Assembly: GCA_016287385.1 (NCBI GenBank)
Contig: JAEEWM010000005.1
Span: 8,746 to 72,745, forward strand
DNA from: Clostridiaceae bacterium
GTDB taxonomy: Bacteria; Bacillota; Clostridia; Oscillospirales; Acutalibacteraceae
Direction of reading: 5' to 3'
DNA: 64,000 nt
Below, one piece after another: positions 53,728 to 64,000 of this stretch (position 1 is its first letter; every line of letters begins with the position of its first letter). A program made the translations under genes and the position numbers. The notes below the pieces were generated by a model, which saw only the letters and a program-made list of their open reading frames with translations, was not told where the DNA came from and did no database searches.

Positions 53728-54441
53728 ATGAAAAAGAAATTAGCAGTTCTGCTTGCTTTGTTGCTCGCATTTGTTATGGTGTTTATGGCCGGCTGCGGCG
53801 ATGACGATGACAGCGGCAGCAGCAAGAAAAAGTCAAAGGGCAATGATGATATCAGCGACGTTGACGACAGCGATATAGAGCTTGAGGATATCATTGAAGG
53901 CGAATGGACCGCTGAATTTGATCTTTCAAAATTCATCGCGGCGAAACTGAAGGAAGATGACGAAGCCGCCGAGATGCTCGAGTATTTCGATTTTGACGGC
54001 GTGAAGATGAATATGATATTCGAGTTTGACGACGGCGAAGTCAACATATCCATTGATAAGGATTCACTTACAGAAAAGTTCGCCGAAATTATGAAGAACG
54101 GACTTAAAAAGTATTTTGACGCTCACGCGGATGAGCTCGGCGGGTCGCTTGACGATATTCTTGAACAAAGCGGTATGAGCCTTGACGATCTTATCGATTC
54201 CATGATGGGTGAAGTGGATCTTTTTGCGGAGCTTGACGATATCGAGCGGGACGGCTACTATGAAGTCGATGACGATTTGATCTATCTCGCGGATGACGAG
54301 GACGAACTCGGCGATGAAGAGGACTATATCAAGTGCACCGTACAGGGCAAGAAAAAGATCAAGATAGTCGAATGGGTTGACGACGGTGACGAAATTAAAA
54401 AGCTCTCCGATTTCCTGCCTGTTATAATGAAGAAAAACTGA
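53728..54441 (+). CDS. acidic lipoprotein, function unknown (paralog of 54613-55305)
   Basis: Lipobox FMAGC, very Asp/Glu rich. Shares G.W....D.S, FEF..DG and the C-terminal LP.I.KK with the next gene. Confidence 0.7.
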   Translation: MKKKLAVLLALLLAFVMVFMAGCGDDDDSGSSKKKSKGNDDISDVDDSDIELEDIIEGEWTAEFDLSKFIAAKLKEDDEAAEMLEYFDFDGVKMNMIFEFDDGEVNISIDKDSLTEKFAEIMKNGLKKYFDAHADELGGSLDDILEQSGMSLDDLIDSMMGEVDLFAELDDIERDGYYEVDDDLIYLADDEDELGDEEDYIKCTVQGKKKIKIVEWVDDGDEIKKLSDFLPVIMKKN

Positions 54442-54473
54442 TGCTTTAATTCAGTCGGTTCTGTAGATTTTCG

Positions 54474-54504
54474 CGCCCGACCGCTTTTGCGGCCGGGCGT
54501 TTTT
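54474..54504 (+). terminator. rho-independent terminator
   Basis: CGCCCGACCGC-tttt-GCGGCCGGGCG (one mismatch) followed by TTTTT. Confidence 0.75.
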
Positions 54505-54550
54505 GTATATCCCGGCAATTTATAAGTAATAATAATCTAAAAGCGAACGT

Positions 54551-54579
54551 TTGACAAACGACTTGTATCATGCTATATT
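54551..54579 (+). promoter_or_regulatory. sigma-A type promoter
   Basis: TTGACA, 17 nt, TATATT. Confidence 0.6.
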
Positions 54580-54612
54580 ATTCCTTGATAAATGCTGATC
54601 CGGAGGTATAAA

Positions 54613-55305
54613 ATGCTTAAAAGGTTTTTGCCGTTTTTCGCGGTTGTCGCCGCCCTTGCCGTTCTGGCCGGCTGCGGTTCTGTCAATACTTCCTCAAAAT
54701 CGAAAACCGAGGCTCCCGAAAAAGAGATAACGGCACAGGAAATCATAGTCGGCTCCTGGGAAGGCGTGCTCGACGTTTCGTACCTTGAAGAAAAGATTTT
54801 TGAAAATGAAAAAGAGCTTACGGGGTATTTTACTCCCGGAAGCTTTGAGCTTCCCGTGGTGTTTGAATTCTCCGCGGACGGCGGTTATGCCGTTTCGGTA
54901 AAGACGGAGGAAACCGATGCGCGAATCGCCGAGTTGTCCGAAAAGCTGAAAGCTGCTTTGAAACTTTATTTTACCGATGCGTTTTCGCTTGAAAACTCCG
55001 GCGAAGCTCTCGATAAATTTCTTAAAGAGCAAAGAATATCGATAGACGAGGCGGCGCAGGATATAATAACCAAAAACGCCTTGAAAGGGACGCTTTACGC
55101 CGTTCAGTACGCGGGCAGATATCTGCCGGAGGGTGATAAATGCTTTTTCGGCGAGGACGACGCGCAGGTCGCCGCGCGCGAAAGGTATACGGCTTTTGAA
55201 ATCAAAAGCGAAACCGAAATGAGCATCGTGGAAATTGCCGTGCCGGACGATAAGGAAATGCAGCTGCTTAAAAAAGCGCTGCCGATAACAATTAAAAAGC
55301 GATAA
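54613..55305 (+). CDS. lipoprotein, function unknown (paralog of 53728-54441)
   Basis: GGAGG then ATG 54613. Lipobox VLAGC and the same architecture as the preceding gene. Confidence 0.7.
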   Translation: MLKRFLPFFAVVAALAVLAGCGSVNTSSKSKTEAPEKEITAQEIIVGSWEGVLDVSYLEEKIFENEKELTGYFTPGSFELPVVFEFSADGGYAVSVKTEETDARIAELSEKLKAALKLYFTDAFSLENSGEALDKFLKEQRISIDEAAQDIITKNALKGTLYAVQYAGRYLPEGDKCFFGEDDAQVAARERYTAFEIKSETEMSIVEIAVPDDKEMQLLKKALPITIKKR

Positions 55306-55345
55306 AAAAACAAACCCGGTCACAGTGTGACCGGGTTTGTAATTT
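55304..55345. terminator. bidirectional terminator between convergent genes
   Basis: AAAAAAA-CAAACCCGGTCAC-agt-GTGACCGGGTTTG-TAATTT. Confidence 0.85.
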
Positions 55346-55350
55346 GCGGT

Positions 55351-56508
55351 TTATTCCGTAAAGAACTGTTTAAGCTTATCGAGAAAGCTTTTTTGTTTTT
55401 TGTAGTTTTTCTCGCCTGTTAAGGCCTCAAATTCTTTGATTTTCGCCTTTTGTTCCTTTGAAAGGTCCTTCGGCACCTCGACCGTTATTTTTACGTACTG
55501 GTCGCCCTTGCCGGGGTAGTTCAGCCGCTGTATTCCTTTGCCGCGAAGCTTGAATTCATCGCCGGGCTGTGTACCCTCGTGTATCTGGAATTTGACCTTG
55601 CCGTCAAGCGTCGGTACGGTTATTTCGTCGCCGAGCGCCGCCTGGGTAAAGGTTATCGGTATATCGCAGTAAACGTCATAACCCTGCCGCTCGAATATCG
55701 GGTGAGGTCTTACGTTGACGCTTACGTGCAGGTCGCCGGAGGGACCGCCGTTTACGCCGGCGTCACCGCCCGAGCGAACGTTCAGTACCTGACCGTCGTC
55801 AATTCCCGCCGGAATATTTATCTCGCGCTCTACGGTATGCCGTATTCTGCCCTTGCCGGCGCACTTTTTGCAGGGCTTATCGATTATTCTGCCGGAGCCG
55901 TGGCAGTTACTGCATACGGTTTGCGTCTGCATTTGCCCGAACGGCGTACGCTGAACGGTGGTCACTCTGCCGGAGCCGTGACAAACGGGACAGGTCTTCG
56001 CCGTGCTGCCCGCCTCGCAGCCGGAGCCGTGACAAACGTCACAGGTATCGATTTTAGGCACCTTAACGGTCTTTTTGCAGCCCTTTGCCGCCTCTTCGAA
56101 AGAAAGGTTTACGTTGGCGCTTACGTCACCGCCGCGACGGGGCGCGTTGGGATTCTGCTGCCTGCCGCCGAAACCGCCGCCGAAGCCGCCGCCGAAAATC
56201 GAACCGAAAATATCGCCGAGGTCGCCGAAATCCCCGAAACCGCCGCCGAAACCGCCGCCGCCGGGGTTAAAGTTCGGGTCTACACCGGCGTGACCGAACT
56301 GGTCGTACCGTGCGCGCTTTTCTTTGTTTGAGAGCACTTCGTATGCCTCGTTTACCTCTTTGAAGTTCTTTTCGGCTTCCTTATCGCCCGGATGCAGGTC
56401 GGGGTGATATTTTTTAGCCGCTTTTCTGTATGCTTTTTTGAGGTCGTCGTCGTTTACGTCTCTGTCTACGCCGAGGACGCTGTAATAATCTCTTTTTTCG
56501 TCAGCCAC
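55351..56508 (-). CDS. dnaJ: molecular chaperone DnaJ
   Basis: J domain with HPD, G/F-rich region, and four CxxCxGxG zinc-finger repeats. Confidence 0.96.
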   Translation of the reverse strand: MADEKRDYYSVLGVDRDVNDDDLKKAYRKAAKKYHPDLHPGDKEAEKNFKEVNEAYEVLSNKEKRARYDQFGHAGVDPNFNPGGGGFGGGFGDFGDLGDIFGSIFGGGFGGGFGGRQQNPNAPRRGGDVSANVNLSFEEAAKGCKKTVKVPKIDTCDVCHGSGCEAGSTAKTCPVCHGSGRVTTVQRTPFGQMQTQTVCSNCHGSGRIIDKPCKKCAGKGRIRHTVEREINIPAGIDDGQVLNVRSGGDAGVNGGPSGDLHVSVNVRPHPIFERQGYDVYCDIPITFTQAALGDEITVPTLDGKVKFQIHEGTQPGDEFKLRGKGIQRLNYPGKGDQYVKITVEVPKDLSKEQKAKIKEFEALTGEKNYKKQKSFLDKLKQFFTE

Positions 56509-56582
56509 GACACTTAACTCCTAAAAATTTATGTACGGCAAAACGGGCGTAAAAGCCCGTTTTGCCTTTTGGAAAAGTACGG

Positions 56583-58418
56583 TTATTCTTTCTTGTCGTC
56601 AACGTCGGTATAATCGGCTTCGTATACGTTATCGCCCTGAGGCGCCGCGCCCGGCTGTGCCGCGCCCGCCGCGTTCTGCGCTTCCGCCGCCGCTTTATAT
56701 ACCTTTTCGCTTACGGCATACAATTCTTTTTGCAGTTCTTCCTGCTTTGCCTTTATCGCTTCGGTGTCCTCGCCTTTGAGGGCTTCTTTGAGGGCGTCCT
56801 TGGCGGTGTTGATTTTCGCCTTTTCGTCGTCACTCAGTTTGTCGCCGAGCTCGCTTACCGTCTTTTCGGTCTGATAAATCATCTGATCGGCGCCGTTTCT
56901 GATGTCTACGGCTTCACGGCGCTTCTTATCCTCGGCCGCGTAGGCTTCCGCCTCTTTAACCGCCTTGTCGATATCCTCTTTTGACATATTGGTGTTGGAG
57001 GTGATCGTAATATTGTTCTCCTTGCCGGTGCCGAGGTCTTTTGCCGAAACGTGAACGATACCGTTCGCGTCTATATCAAAGGTTACCTCTATCTGAGGAA
57101 TACCGCGGGGAGCCGGGGCTATGCCGTCAAGATGGAATACGCCGAGGGTCTTGTTATCTTTTGCAAATTCTCTTTCGCCCTGTAAAACGTGAACCTCAAC
57201 CGAAGTCTGACCGTCCGCGGCGGTAGAGAATATCTGACTCTTCTTCGTAGGTATGGTGGTGTTGCGTTCTATAACCTTGGTGGAAACTCCGCCCATAGTC
57301 TCAATTCCGAGTGAGAGCGGTGTAACGTCGAGCAGTAAGAGCCCTTTGACGTCGCCGCCGAGAACACCCGCCTGCAAAGCGGCGCCCAGCGCCACGCACT
57401 CATCCGGGTTAATGCCCTTGAACGGCTCTTTGCCCATAAAGTTTTTTATAGCTTCCTGAACGGCGGGTATACGTGAGGAACCGCCGACCATAAGAACTTT
57501 GTTTATCTCATCCTTTGAAAGACCGGAGTCTGAAAGCGCCTGACGTACCGGTCCCATAGTGGATTCAACCAGGTCCGCGGTAAGCTCGTTGAACTTTGCG
57601 CGGGTGAGGGTGGTCTCAAAGTGCTTGGGGCCGCTTGTGTCGGCTGTGATAAAGGGCAGGTTGATATTTGCAGTGGTCATGCCGGAAAGGTCGATTTTCG
57701 CCTTTTCCGCCGCTTCCTTAACGCGCTGCATAGCCATTTTATCGCCCGAAAGGTCAATACCCTGTTCCGCCTTGAAGGTGGAAACGATATAGTCCATAAT
57801 GCGCTTGTCGAAATCGTCGCCGCCGAGACGGTTGTTACCGGCGGTTGCGAGAACTTCCTGAACGCCGTCGCCCATTTCGATTATTGATACGTCGAAGGTG
57901 CCGCCGCCGAGGTCGTAAACCATGACCTTCTGGTCGTCTTCCTTATCAATACTGTAAGCGAGCGCCGCCGCCGTCGGCTCGTTGATTATTCTCTTTACGT
58001 CAAGACCGGCTATTTTGCCCGCGTCTTTTGTCGCCTGGCGCTGTGCGTCGGTAAAGTATGCGGGAACGGTGATGACCGCTTCGCTTACCGGCTGACCGAG
58101 ATAGCTTTCCGCGTCGGCTTTAAGCTTCTGTAAAATGATGGCGGAAACTTCCTGCGGGGTGTACTTTTTAGAGTCTATCTCGACAGTATAGTTACTGCCC
58201 ATTTCGCGCTTTATAGAGCTTATGGTTCTTTCGGGGTTGGTTATCGCCTGGCGCTTTGCCACCTGACCTACCATACGTTCGCCGGTTTTTGAAAAAGCAA
58301 CTACCGACGGAGTTGTTCTCGCGCCCTCGGCGTTAGCTATAACTACCGCCTCGCCGCCTTCCATAACGGCAACGCAAGAGTTTGTTGTTCCTAAGTCAAT
58401 ACCTATGATTTTTCCCAT
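56583..58418 (-). CDS. dnaK: molecular chaperone DnaK (Hsp70)
   Basis: [23 protein letters not shown] and other Hsp70 signatures. Confidence 0.97.
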   Translation of the reverse strand: MGKIIGIDLGTTNSCVAVMEGGEAVVIANAEGARTTPSVVAFSKTGERMVGQVAKRQAITNPERTISSIKREMGSNYTVEIDSKKYTPQEVSAIILQKLKADAESYLGQPVSEAVITVPAYFTDAQRQATKDAGKIAGLDVKRIINEPTAAALAYSIDKEDDQKVMVYDLGGGTFDVSIIEMGDGVQEVLATAGNNRLGGDDFDKRIMDYIVSTFKAEQGIDLSGDKMAMQRVKEAAEKAKIDLSGMTTANINLPFITADTSGPKHFETTLTRAKFNELTADLVESTMGPVRQALSDSGLSKDEINKVLMVGGSSRIPAVQEAIKNFMGKEPFKGINPDECVALGAALQAGVLGGDVKGLLLLDVTPLSLGIETMGGVSTKVIERNTTIPTKKSQIFSTAADGQTSVEVHVLQGEREFAKDNKTLGVFHLDGIAPAPRGIPQIEVTFDIDANGIVHVSAKDLGTGKENNITITSNTNMSKEDIDKAVKEAEAYAAEDKKRREAVDIRNGADQMIYQTEKTVSELGDKLSDDEKAKINTAKDALKEALKGEDTEAIKAKQEELQKELYAVSEKVYKAAAEAQNAAGAAQPGAAPQGDNVYEADYTDVDDKKE

Positions 58419-58486
58419 GATAAATATCCTCCTTAAAAGATATGTTTTTGTTTATTATTCGCTTAAAACGCGATTTATAACCTTTT

Positions 58487-59005
58487 TTAGTTTGCCACTT
58501 TTACCATTGCGGCGCGTATTACCGTATCGCCGAGCCGGTATCCTTTTTGCAGTACCTGCGCTACCGTGTTTTCGCCGAAGGACTCGTCCTCGATGTGCAT
58601 TACCGCCTCGTGAAGGTTGGGGTCGAACCCGTCGCCGGGAGCGCCTATCTCCTCAATGCCGAGCGCGGCAGATAAATCGGTGAACTGCTTGACTATCATT
58701 TCGATACCTTTTATATAATCGTCGCCCGAAGCGTCAACAGCGGCGGCGCGGTCAATGTTATCGAGTATCGGAAGCAGTTTTTTTATAACTTCGCATTTTG
58801 CGTATTCCGCGATACCCGCGCGCTCGCGGTCGGTGCGCTTTTTATAATTGTCGAATTCAGCCGCGGTGCGAAGCAGTTGCTCCTTGCTCTTTTCGAGGTC
58901 GCTTTTAAGCTGCTCGATTTCGCTGTCCTTTTTGCTCTTTTTCGGTTTTTTTTCGGGAGCGGGCTGTTCCTCGGCTACGTTTTCGTTTTTCTTTTCGTCT
59001 TCCAT
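58487..59005 (-). CDS. grpE: nucleotide exchange factor GrpE
   Basis: Coiled-coil N-terminus, RTAAEFDNYKKR, and C-terminal beta-domain GYRLGDTVIRAAMVKV. Confidence 0.93.
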   Translation of the reverse strand: MEDEKKNENVAEEQPAPEKKPKKSKKDSEIEQLKSDLEKSKEQLLRTAAEFDNYKKRTDRERAGIAEYAKCEVIKKLLPILDNIDRAAAVDASGDDYIKGIEMIVKQFTDLSAALGIEEIGAPGDGFDPNLHEAVMHIEDESFGENTVAQVLQKGYRLGDTVIRAAMVKVAN

Positions 59006-59071
59006 ACTTTGCCTCCGTATTCCACGAAAACACCGATTATTTCAGGCGTTTTCGCTTTTTGAGTACCCGGG

Positions 59072-59087
59072 TTTGACTTTCCCTGAC
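59072..59087 (-). promoter_or_regulatory. CtsR-box-like direct repeat, proximal copy (overlaps predicted TSS)
   Basis: Minus strand GTCAGGGAAAGTCAAA. Compare the CtsR operator (A/G)GTCAAA-NAN-(A/G)GTCAAA. Identical 16-mer at 59140-59155. Confidence 0.45.
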
Positions 59088-59093
59088 ATATAC

Positions 59094-59121
59094 AGTATAC
59101 CAGCATTTTTCAAAAAGTCAA
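59094..59121 (-). promoter_or_regulatory. sigma-A type promoter of grpE-dnaK-dnaJ
   Basis: Minus strand TTGACT, 16 nt, TATACT, with TGg extended -10. Confidence 0.6.
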
Positions 59122-59139
59122 GTAAAATTTGAAAAAATT

Positions 59140-59155
59140 TTTGACTTTCCCTGAC
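59140..59155 (-). promoter_or_regulatory. CtsR-box-like direct repeat, distal copy (upstream of -35)
   Basis: Minus strand (G)GTCAGGGAAAGTCAAA(AA), the same 16-mer as the proximal copy, 68 bp away. Confidence 0.45.
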
Positions 59156-59219
59156 CTTTTACAATTTGTTAATAATTACCGTACTTGTTAAAATGCGGAA
59201 AATATTGTATAATCGGGTT

Positions 59220-60248
59220 ATGAACGATATCTGGAATTATTTGAGAAAACTTAAAAAACCGATAGTTCTTTACGGCACCGGCAACGGCGCGGATAAAATG
59301 CTTTCGGTTTGTGAAAAATACGGTATCCGCGTTTCGGGCGTTTTTTCGTCCGATTCTTTCGTGCGCAAAAAAATCTTTCACAGCATGCCGGTCACCGATT
59401 ATAAAACCGCGTGCGATAAATTCGGCGATATGGCGGTACTTCTGTGCTTCGGCACGGCTTTGCCCGAAGTGACGGCGAATATAAGGCGAATAGCCGCCGT
59501 GCACGAGCTTTACGCGCCGGAGGTGCCGGTCCGCGGCGAGGCGGTCTTTAACTTTGAATATTATAAAAAAAGACAGGCCGAGTTTTTATCGGTGCGTGAA
59601 AAGCTTGCGGATGAGATTTCAAAACGCACCTTTGACTGCATAGTTAAATATAAGCTTACCGGCGATATAAACCTGCTTTTCGATTGCGAAACCGACCGCG
59701 AAGAGCCGTACAAAAGCTTTTTGCACTTTACGGATAACGAAACATATCTCGACCTCGGCGCCTACCGTGGCGATACTGTTCTTTCGTTTTGCAAACGGGC
59801 GAAAGGTTGGAAAAGTATAATTGCCGTCGAGCCGGACGTGAAAACCTACGCAAAGCTTAAAGCCGCGACCGCGGACATTGAAAATATAACAAATATAAAC
59901 GCTTTTGCCGGTGCAAAAAGCGGAGTTAAAACGGTAAACATGAACGGCTCGCGCGGCGCGGGGCAGGGCGGCGCACCGGGTGAAGTCAGGGTCATCACGG
60001 TTGATTCGCTCGGTATCGCTCCCACATTTATAAAAATGGATATTGAAGGCGATGAGAGCGAAGCAATATCCGGCGCGAGCGAAACGATACGAACGTATCG
60101 TCCGAAAATGAAAATATCCGCCTATCACCGAATCGGCGATATAATCGATATACCGAAAGCGGTGCAGGCGGTATATCCCGATTATAAGATTTATTTACGC
60201 CATAACCCCTGCCTACCCGCGTGGGACACGGATTATTTCTTTATATAG
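59220..60248 (+). CDS. FkbM family methyltransferase
   Basis: YLDLGAYRGDT (SAM-binding loop) and IKMDIEGDE motifs. ATG 59220; the ORF-track start is 59166. Confidence 0.75.
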   Translation: MNDIWNYLRKLKKPIVLYGTGNGADKMLSVCEKYGIRVSGVFSSDSFVRKKIFHSMPVTDYKTACDKFGDMAVLLCFGTALPEVTANIRRIAAVHELYAPEVPVRGEAVFNFEYYKKRQAEFLSVREKLADEISKRTFDCIVKYKLTGDINLLFDCETDREEPYKSFLHFTDNETYLDLGAYRGDTVLSFCKRAKGWKSIIAVEPDVKTYAKLKAATADIENITNINAFAGAKSGVKTVNMNGSRGAGQGGAPGEVRVITVDSLGIAPTFIKMDIEGDESEAISGASETIRTYRPKMKISAYHRIGDIIDIPKAVQAVYPDYKIYLRHNPCLPAWDTDYFFI

Positions 60249-60259
60249 TATTTTACACC

Positions 60260-60288
60260 TTGACAGTTTGCCTATATAGTGGTAAAAT
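60260..60288 (+). promoter_or_regulatory. sigma-A type promoter of rny
   Basis: TTGACA, 17 nt, TAAAAT, with TGg extended -10. It implies a ~165-nt leader. Confidence 0.6.
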
Positions 60289-60455
60289 TGTTAAGATGAG
60301 TTAGTCTTGTCTTTTGGTTTTACAAGGCGGTACATTGTAAGACTTAAAAATAAAACTTCTGTCGCGGGGTGTAAACAGCGGTCCCCGGCGAATATTCATA
60401 TGTTAAAAAACGTTATATATTTGCAAAACCGCTTTATTATATAAGGAGGGTTACT

Positions 60456-62012
60456 ATGCCACCTAAAACTTTAGAGATTATAGTTTTTATCGGCGCGTGT
60501 CTGGCGCTTGCGATAATCGGCTTTTTTGTGGGCTCGGCGTACCGTCGCCGCTCGGCGGAAAAAACCATAGGTTCCGCCGAGGAAGAGGCAAAGCGCATTC
60601 TGAACGACGCTATGAAAACGGCAGAAACAAAGAAAAAAGAAACTTTGATTGAAGCAAAGGAGGAAATCCACCAGCTCCGTCAGGATACCGAACGCGACCT
60701 GCGCGAACGCAGGGCGGAGGTTCAGCGTCAGGAGCACAGGATACAGCAGAAAGAAGAGAGTCTCGACAGGAAAACCGATAACATCGAGGCGAAAGAGGAA
60801 AAATTAGCCCAACGTGCGAAGGAAATCGAATCGAAGCTTGAGGAGTGTGAACAGTTAAAACGCGGTCAGCTTGAAATGCTTGAAAAGATTTCGGGTCTTT
60901 CAAAGGAGCAGGCGAGAGCCCAGCTTCTGAGTATGCTCGAAGGCGACCTCACGCATGAAAAAGCCGTTCGCATTAAGGACTTTGAACAGCGCGTCAAGGA
61001 TGATTCCGACAGACTCGCACGCGAGGTGTTAAGCAGCGCCATTCAACGCTGTGCCGCTGATCATTCATCCGAAATAACCGTTTCGGTAGTACCGCTTCCG
61101 AACGATGAAATGAAGGGCAGAATCATCGGCCGCGAGGGCAGAAACATCCGCGCTATCGAAAACGCCACCGGCGTCGACCTTATTATCGACGACACACCGG
61201 AGGCGATAACCGTTTCAAGCTTTGAGCCGATACGCCGCGAAATAGCGAGGCGTACTCTTGAAAAGCTCATTGCGGACGGGCGCATTCACCCGGCAAGAAT
61301 AGAAGAATCGGTCGCCAAGGCGACAGCCGAGGTCGACGCGGTGATCAAGCAGGAGGGCGAGCGCGCCATGATAGAATCGGGCGTGCATAACATCCACCCC
61401 GAGCTTATCAAGCTGCTCGGAAGACTGCATTACCGCACCAGCTACGGTCAGAACGTGCTTAACCACTCGCTTGAGGTTTGCCATATCGCCGGTCTTATAG
61501 CCGCGGAGCTCGGTGCCGACGTTACGCTTGCCAAGCGCGCGGGACTGCTTCACGATATCGGTAAGGCGATAGACCATGAGCAGGAGGGCTCGCATATTCA
61601 GCTCGGTGTTGAAGCCGCCAAGAAGTATAAAGAGAGCGAAGCGGTCGTTCACGCCATTCACGCCCACCACGGCGACGTTGAGGCGAAAACCGTCGTTGCC
61701 TGCATAGTTCAGGCGGCGGACGCTATTTCGGCGGCGCGTCCCGGAGCAAGGCGCGAGAATATCGAAAACTATATCAAGCGTCTTGAAAAGCTTGAAGAAA
61801 TCGCGAATTCCTTTACCGGCGTTGACAGCTCCTACGCCATCCAGGCGGGCAGAGAGGTAAGAATTCTCGTTAAGCCCGAGGTTATCAGCGACGACCAGAT
61901 GGTAATTATGGCTCACGATATCGCACAGAAAATAGAGAGTGAGCTTGAATATCCCGGTCAGATAAAGGTCAACGTTATAAGAGAAAACCGCGCCGCGGAT
62001 TATGCGAAATAA
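60456..62012 (+). CDS. rny: ribonuclease Y
   Basis: N-terminal TM, coiled coil, KH domain ([13 protein letters not shown]) and HD domain (HSLEV...LLHDIGK). Confidence 0.96.
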   Translation: MPPKTLEIIVFIGACLALAIIGFFVGSAYRRRSAEKTIGSAEEEAKRILNDAMKTAETKKKETLIEAKEEIHQLRQDTERDLRERRAEVQRQEHRIQQKEESLDRKTDNIEAKEEKLAQRAKEIESKLEECEQLKRGQLEMLEKISGLSKEQARAQLLSMLEGDLTHEKAVRIKDFEQRVKDDSDRLAREVLSSAIQRCAADHSSEITVSVVPLPNDEMKGRIIGREGRNIRAIENATGVDLIIDDTPEAITVSSFEPIRREIARRTLEKLIADGRIHPARIEESVAKATAEVDAVIKQEGERAMIESGVHNIHPELIKLLGRLHYRTSYGQNVLNHSLEVCHIAGLIAAELGADVTLAKRAGLLHDIGKAIDHEQEGSHIQLGVEAAKKYKESEAVVHAIHAHHGDVEAKTVVACIVQAADAISAARPGARRENIENYIKRLEKLEEIANSFTGVDSSYAIQAGREVRILVKPEVISDDQMVIMAHDIAQKIESELEYPGQIKVNVIRENRAADYAK

Positions 62013-62028
62013 TATTCTTAACAGACCG

Positions 62029-62062
62029 AAACAGGCGACTGCGTTTGCAGCCGCCTGTTTAT
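62029..62062 (+). terminator. rho-independent terminator after rny
   Basis: AAACAGGCGACTGC-gttt-GCAGCCGCCTGTTT followed by AT. Confidence 0.75.
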
Positions 62063-62135
62063 CGCTTACTTCAAAGGATAATTACTTCTTGAATAAATCT
62101 TTGCGGTATGTTAATATTATTCAGGTGATTGAAAA

Positions 62136-62729
62136 ATGTTTTTTCGTTCTAAATCGGGCTCGTTCGATTATCTTATCGTAGGGCTCGGAAACCCCGGTAT
62201 GACCTATGAAAACACACGCCATAACGCAGGATATATGGCGCTTGACGCGTTTTTGAAGAAGCACGGCGTTGTGCTCAAAAAGCATAAATTCGAGTCGCTT
62301 TACGGTGACGCCGTTATTTCCGGCAAGCGCTTGCTTATTCAAAAGCCGGAAACGTTTATGAATAATTCCGGCCGCGCGGTGGCGGCGATTTCAAGGTTTT
62401 ATAAGATTCCCGCAGACAGAATAATCGTGCTTTTTGACGATATTTCTCTGCCGGTGGGCAATATCCGGATACGCCGGAAGGGAAGCGCCGGCGGACATAA
62501 CGGTATAAAGGATATAATCGAGATTCTCGGTACGGAGGATATTATGCGCATAAAAATCGGCGTGGGCGAAAAACCTAACCCCGATTACGACCTTAAAGAC
62601 TGGGTTCTCGGTAAAATCCCGAAAAGCGATGAGGAGGCGTTCGGCGCCGCCTGCGAGCATGCCGCCGCCGCGATAGATGAGATATTCATCCGCGGTATAG
62701 ACAGCGCGATGAACAAATACAGCAAATAG
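62136..62729 (+). CDS. pth: peptidyl-tRNA hydrolase
   Basis: YLIVGLGNPGMTYENTRHNAG and GSAGGHNG motifs. Confidence 0.95.
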   Translation: MFFRSKSGSFDYLIVGLGNPGMTYENTRHNAGYMALDAFLKKHGVVLKKHKFESLYGDAVISGKRLLIQKPETFMNNSGRAVAAISRFYKIPADRIIVLFDDISLPVGNIRIRRKGSAGGHNGIKDIIEILGTEDIMRIKIGVGEKPNPDYDLKDWVLGKIPKSDEEAFGAACEHAAAAIDEIFIRGIDSAMNKYSK

Positions 62730-62735
62730 CTTATT

Positions 62736-64000
62736 ATGAAATTTCTGAATAGATTTTTGGAGGATGAGAGAGATTATAACCGGCTTAAAGCGTGCGTTAA
62801 GGAGGGACGGCTTCCGGTCGCCGCGGCGGGACTTACCGGTATTCACAAGGCGGTAATTGCCGACGCGCTTTGTTGCTCGCTTGAAAGGAAAATACTCATG
62901 ATAACCGATACCGAAGCGGCGGCGTCCGCTCTGCGTGACGACCTTGTGTCGCTCGGCGTATCGGCGGGGTATTTGCCTGTAAGAGATTATAATTTCGCAT
63001 CTGCCGACGGCTACTCGAAAGAGTACGAAATAATGAGGATAGATACCCTGTCAAGGTTGCTTGACGGGGATTTTGCCGTTGTGTGCGCCGGTATTGAGAG
63101 CGCGACCCAGTATACGGTTTTGCCTTCTGTTCTTGCGCGGGGCACTTTTACGGTAAACACGGCGGATACGGTCAGTATAGAGGAACTTGCCGACCGTCTT
63201 GTCGCGTTCGGCTATAAGCGCGCCGATATATGCGAGGGAGCGGGTCAGTTTTCGGTGCGCGGCGGCATAATCGATATTTTTTCAGCCGGTCAGGATAATC
63301 CGGTAAGAATAGAGCTTTGGGGCGACGAGGTAGACGGCATTTCGTTTTTTGACGTGACTTCACAGCGCCGCACCGAAAAGACCGACAGCATCAGGATACG
63401 CCCCGCCTGCGAGCTGCCTTATGACGCGCGGGGGCTCAAAGCAAAGCTTGAAGCGTACCTTGCCGATAAAAAGCTTACCGACCCGCAAAGGCAGAATATT
63501 GAGCGCGATATAGATAAGCTTGAAAACGGCTTTCCGGTAAACGCCGATTTGTATATACCCCTGCTTTACGACGGCACCGCCACACTTTTCGATTACACGA
63601 AGGATTTTTACGTCGCGGTTTGCGAGAGCGCGAATGTGCTCGGCAAGCTTAAAAGCGTGCTTCAAAGCGAAGCGGGGGATATTGCGGAACTGCTTGCTTC
63701 CGGCTTTATGTCTTACAAAACAGCCAAAGTGCGACTCGACGGGGGCGAGTATTTAAGCCGTATTTCAAAAGCGATATATCTTGAAAATTTCGCCCGTGTT
63801 TCCTACGACAGCGACGTTTACGATACCGTAACCTTTGATTTTAAGCGCTTTTCCGCGTGGGGCGGCAACCTTCAAACGCTTATAGACGACATAACCGCGA
63901 TACGTGATATATCCGGTACGGTCGCCGTGTTCGCGGGCGGTGAAAAGGCGGCGAGACTGCTTGCCGATTCACTCTGTGAGAACGGTGTTCCGGCGCAGTT
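62736..64000 (+). CDS. mfd: transcription-repair coupling factor Mfd, N-terminal part (continues beyond window)
   Basis: Open frame from ATG 62736 to the window end; it is absent from the ORF track because no stop is reached. UvrB-homology region AGQFSVRGGIIDIFSAGQDNPVRIELWGDEVDGISFFD. Canonical pth-mfd order. Confidence 0.9.
   Translation, partial: MKFLNRFLEDERDYNRLKACVKEGRLPVAAAGLTGIHKAVIADALCCSLERKILMITDTEAAASALRDDLVSLGVSAGYLPVRDYNFASADGYSKEYEIMRIDTLSRLLDGDFAVVCAGIESATQYTVLPSVLARGTFTVNTADTVSIEELADRLVAFGYKRADICEGAGQFSVRGGIIDIFSAGQDNPVRIELWGDEVDGISFFDVTSQRRTEKTDSIRIRPACELPYDARGLKAKLEAYLADKKLTDPQRQNIERDIDKLENGFPVNADLYIPLLYDGTATLFDYTKDFYVAVCESANVLGKLKSVLQSEAGDIAELLASGFMSYKTAKVRLDGGEYLSRISKAIYLENFARVSYDSDVYDTVTFDFKRFSAWGGNLQTLIDDITAIRDISGTVAVFAGGEKAARLLADSLCENGVPAQ

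Overview
This window looks like a chromosomal segment from a spore-forming Clostridia-type Firmicute, probably Oscillospiraceae/Ruminococcaceae-like given the sporulation genes and cohesin/dockerin modules. It is mostly plus-strand housekeeping operons. In order: scpA-scpB-ytfI/ytfJ-dac-rluB-secG; a polar amino-acid ABC transporter followed by a DapF-fold gene; a small sigma factor; an OmpR/HK pair with htrA and spoIVB. Next comes a ~9 kb block holding a beta-helix protein, a YdjG/YdjH/YdjI-like membrane-stress operon, ogg and three membrane proteins. After that: ylmC; glgB-esterase-glgC-glgD-glgA; a solitary mazF; tRNA-Leu, tRNA-Glu and tRNA-Met; an EF-G paralog; a second D,D-carboxypeptidase; and a metallophosphoesterase plus PASTA pseudokinase. 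The window ends with the rimP-nusA-ylxR-ylxQ-infB-rbfA-nrnA-truB-ribF superoperon, DUF1015, a dockerin-bearing cell-wall hydrolase next to a cohesin-like membrane protein, grpE-dnaK-dnaJ without hrcA, rny, pth and the start of mfd. No CRISPR array, rRNA, transposase, integrase or recognisable defence genes were seen. The most unusual signal is non-coding: a ~300 bp highly structured element present twice in inverted orientation (15.8 kb and 25.1 kb). Each copy is flanked by a long direct duplication of a different hairpin target (21 bp and 29 bp). One duplication preserves a ghost copy of the spoIVB stop region, and compensatory base changes between the copies support a long-range helix. Other non-coding oddities are REP-like GTAGGGG hairpin modules, a perfect 38 bp palindrome, and a 7-mer-punctuated hairpin array next to the tRNAs. 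All family calls rest on motif recognition by eye; no searches were run.
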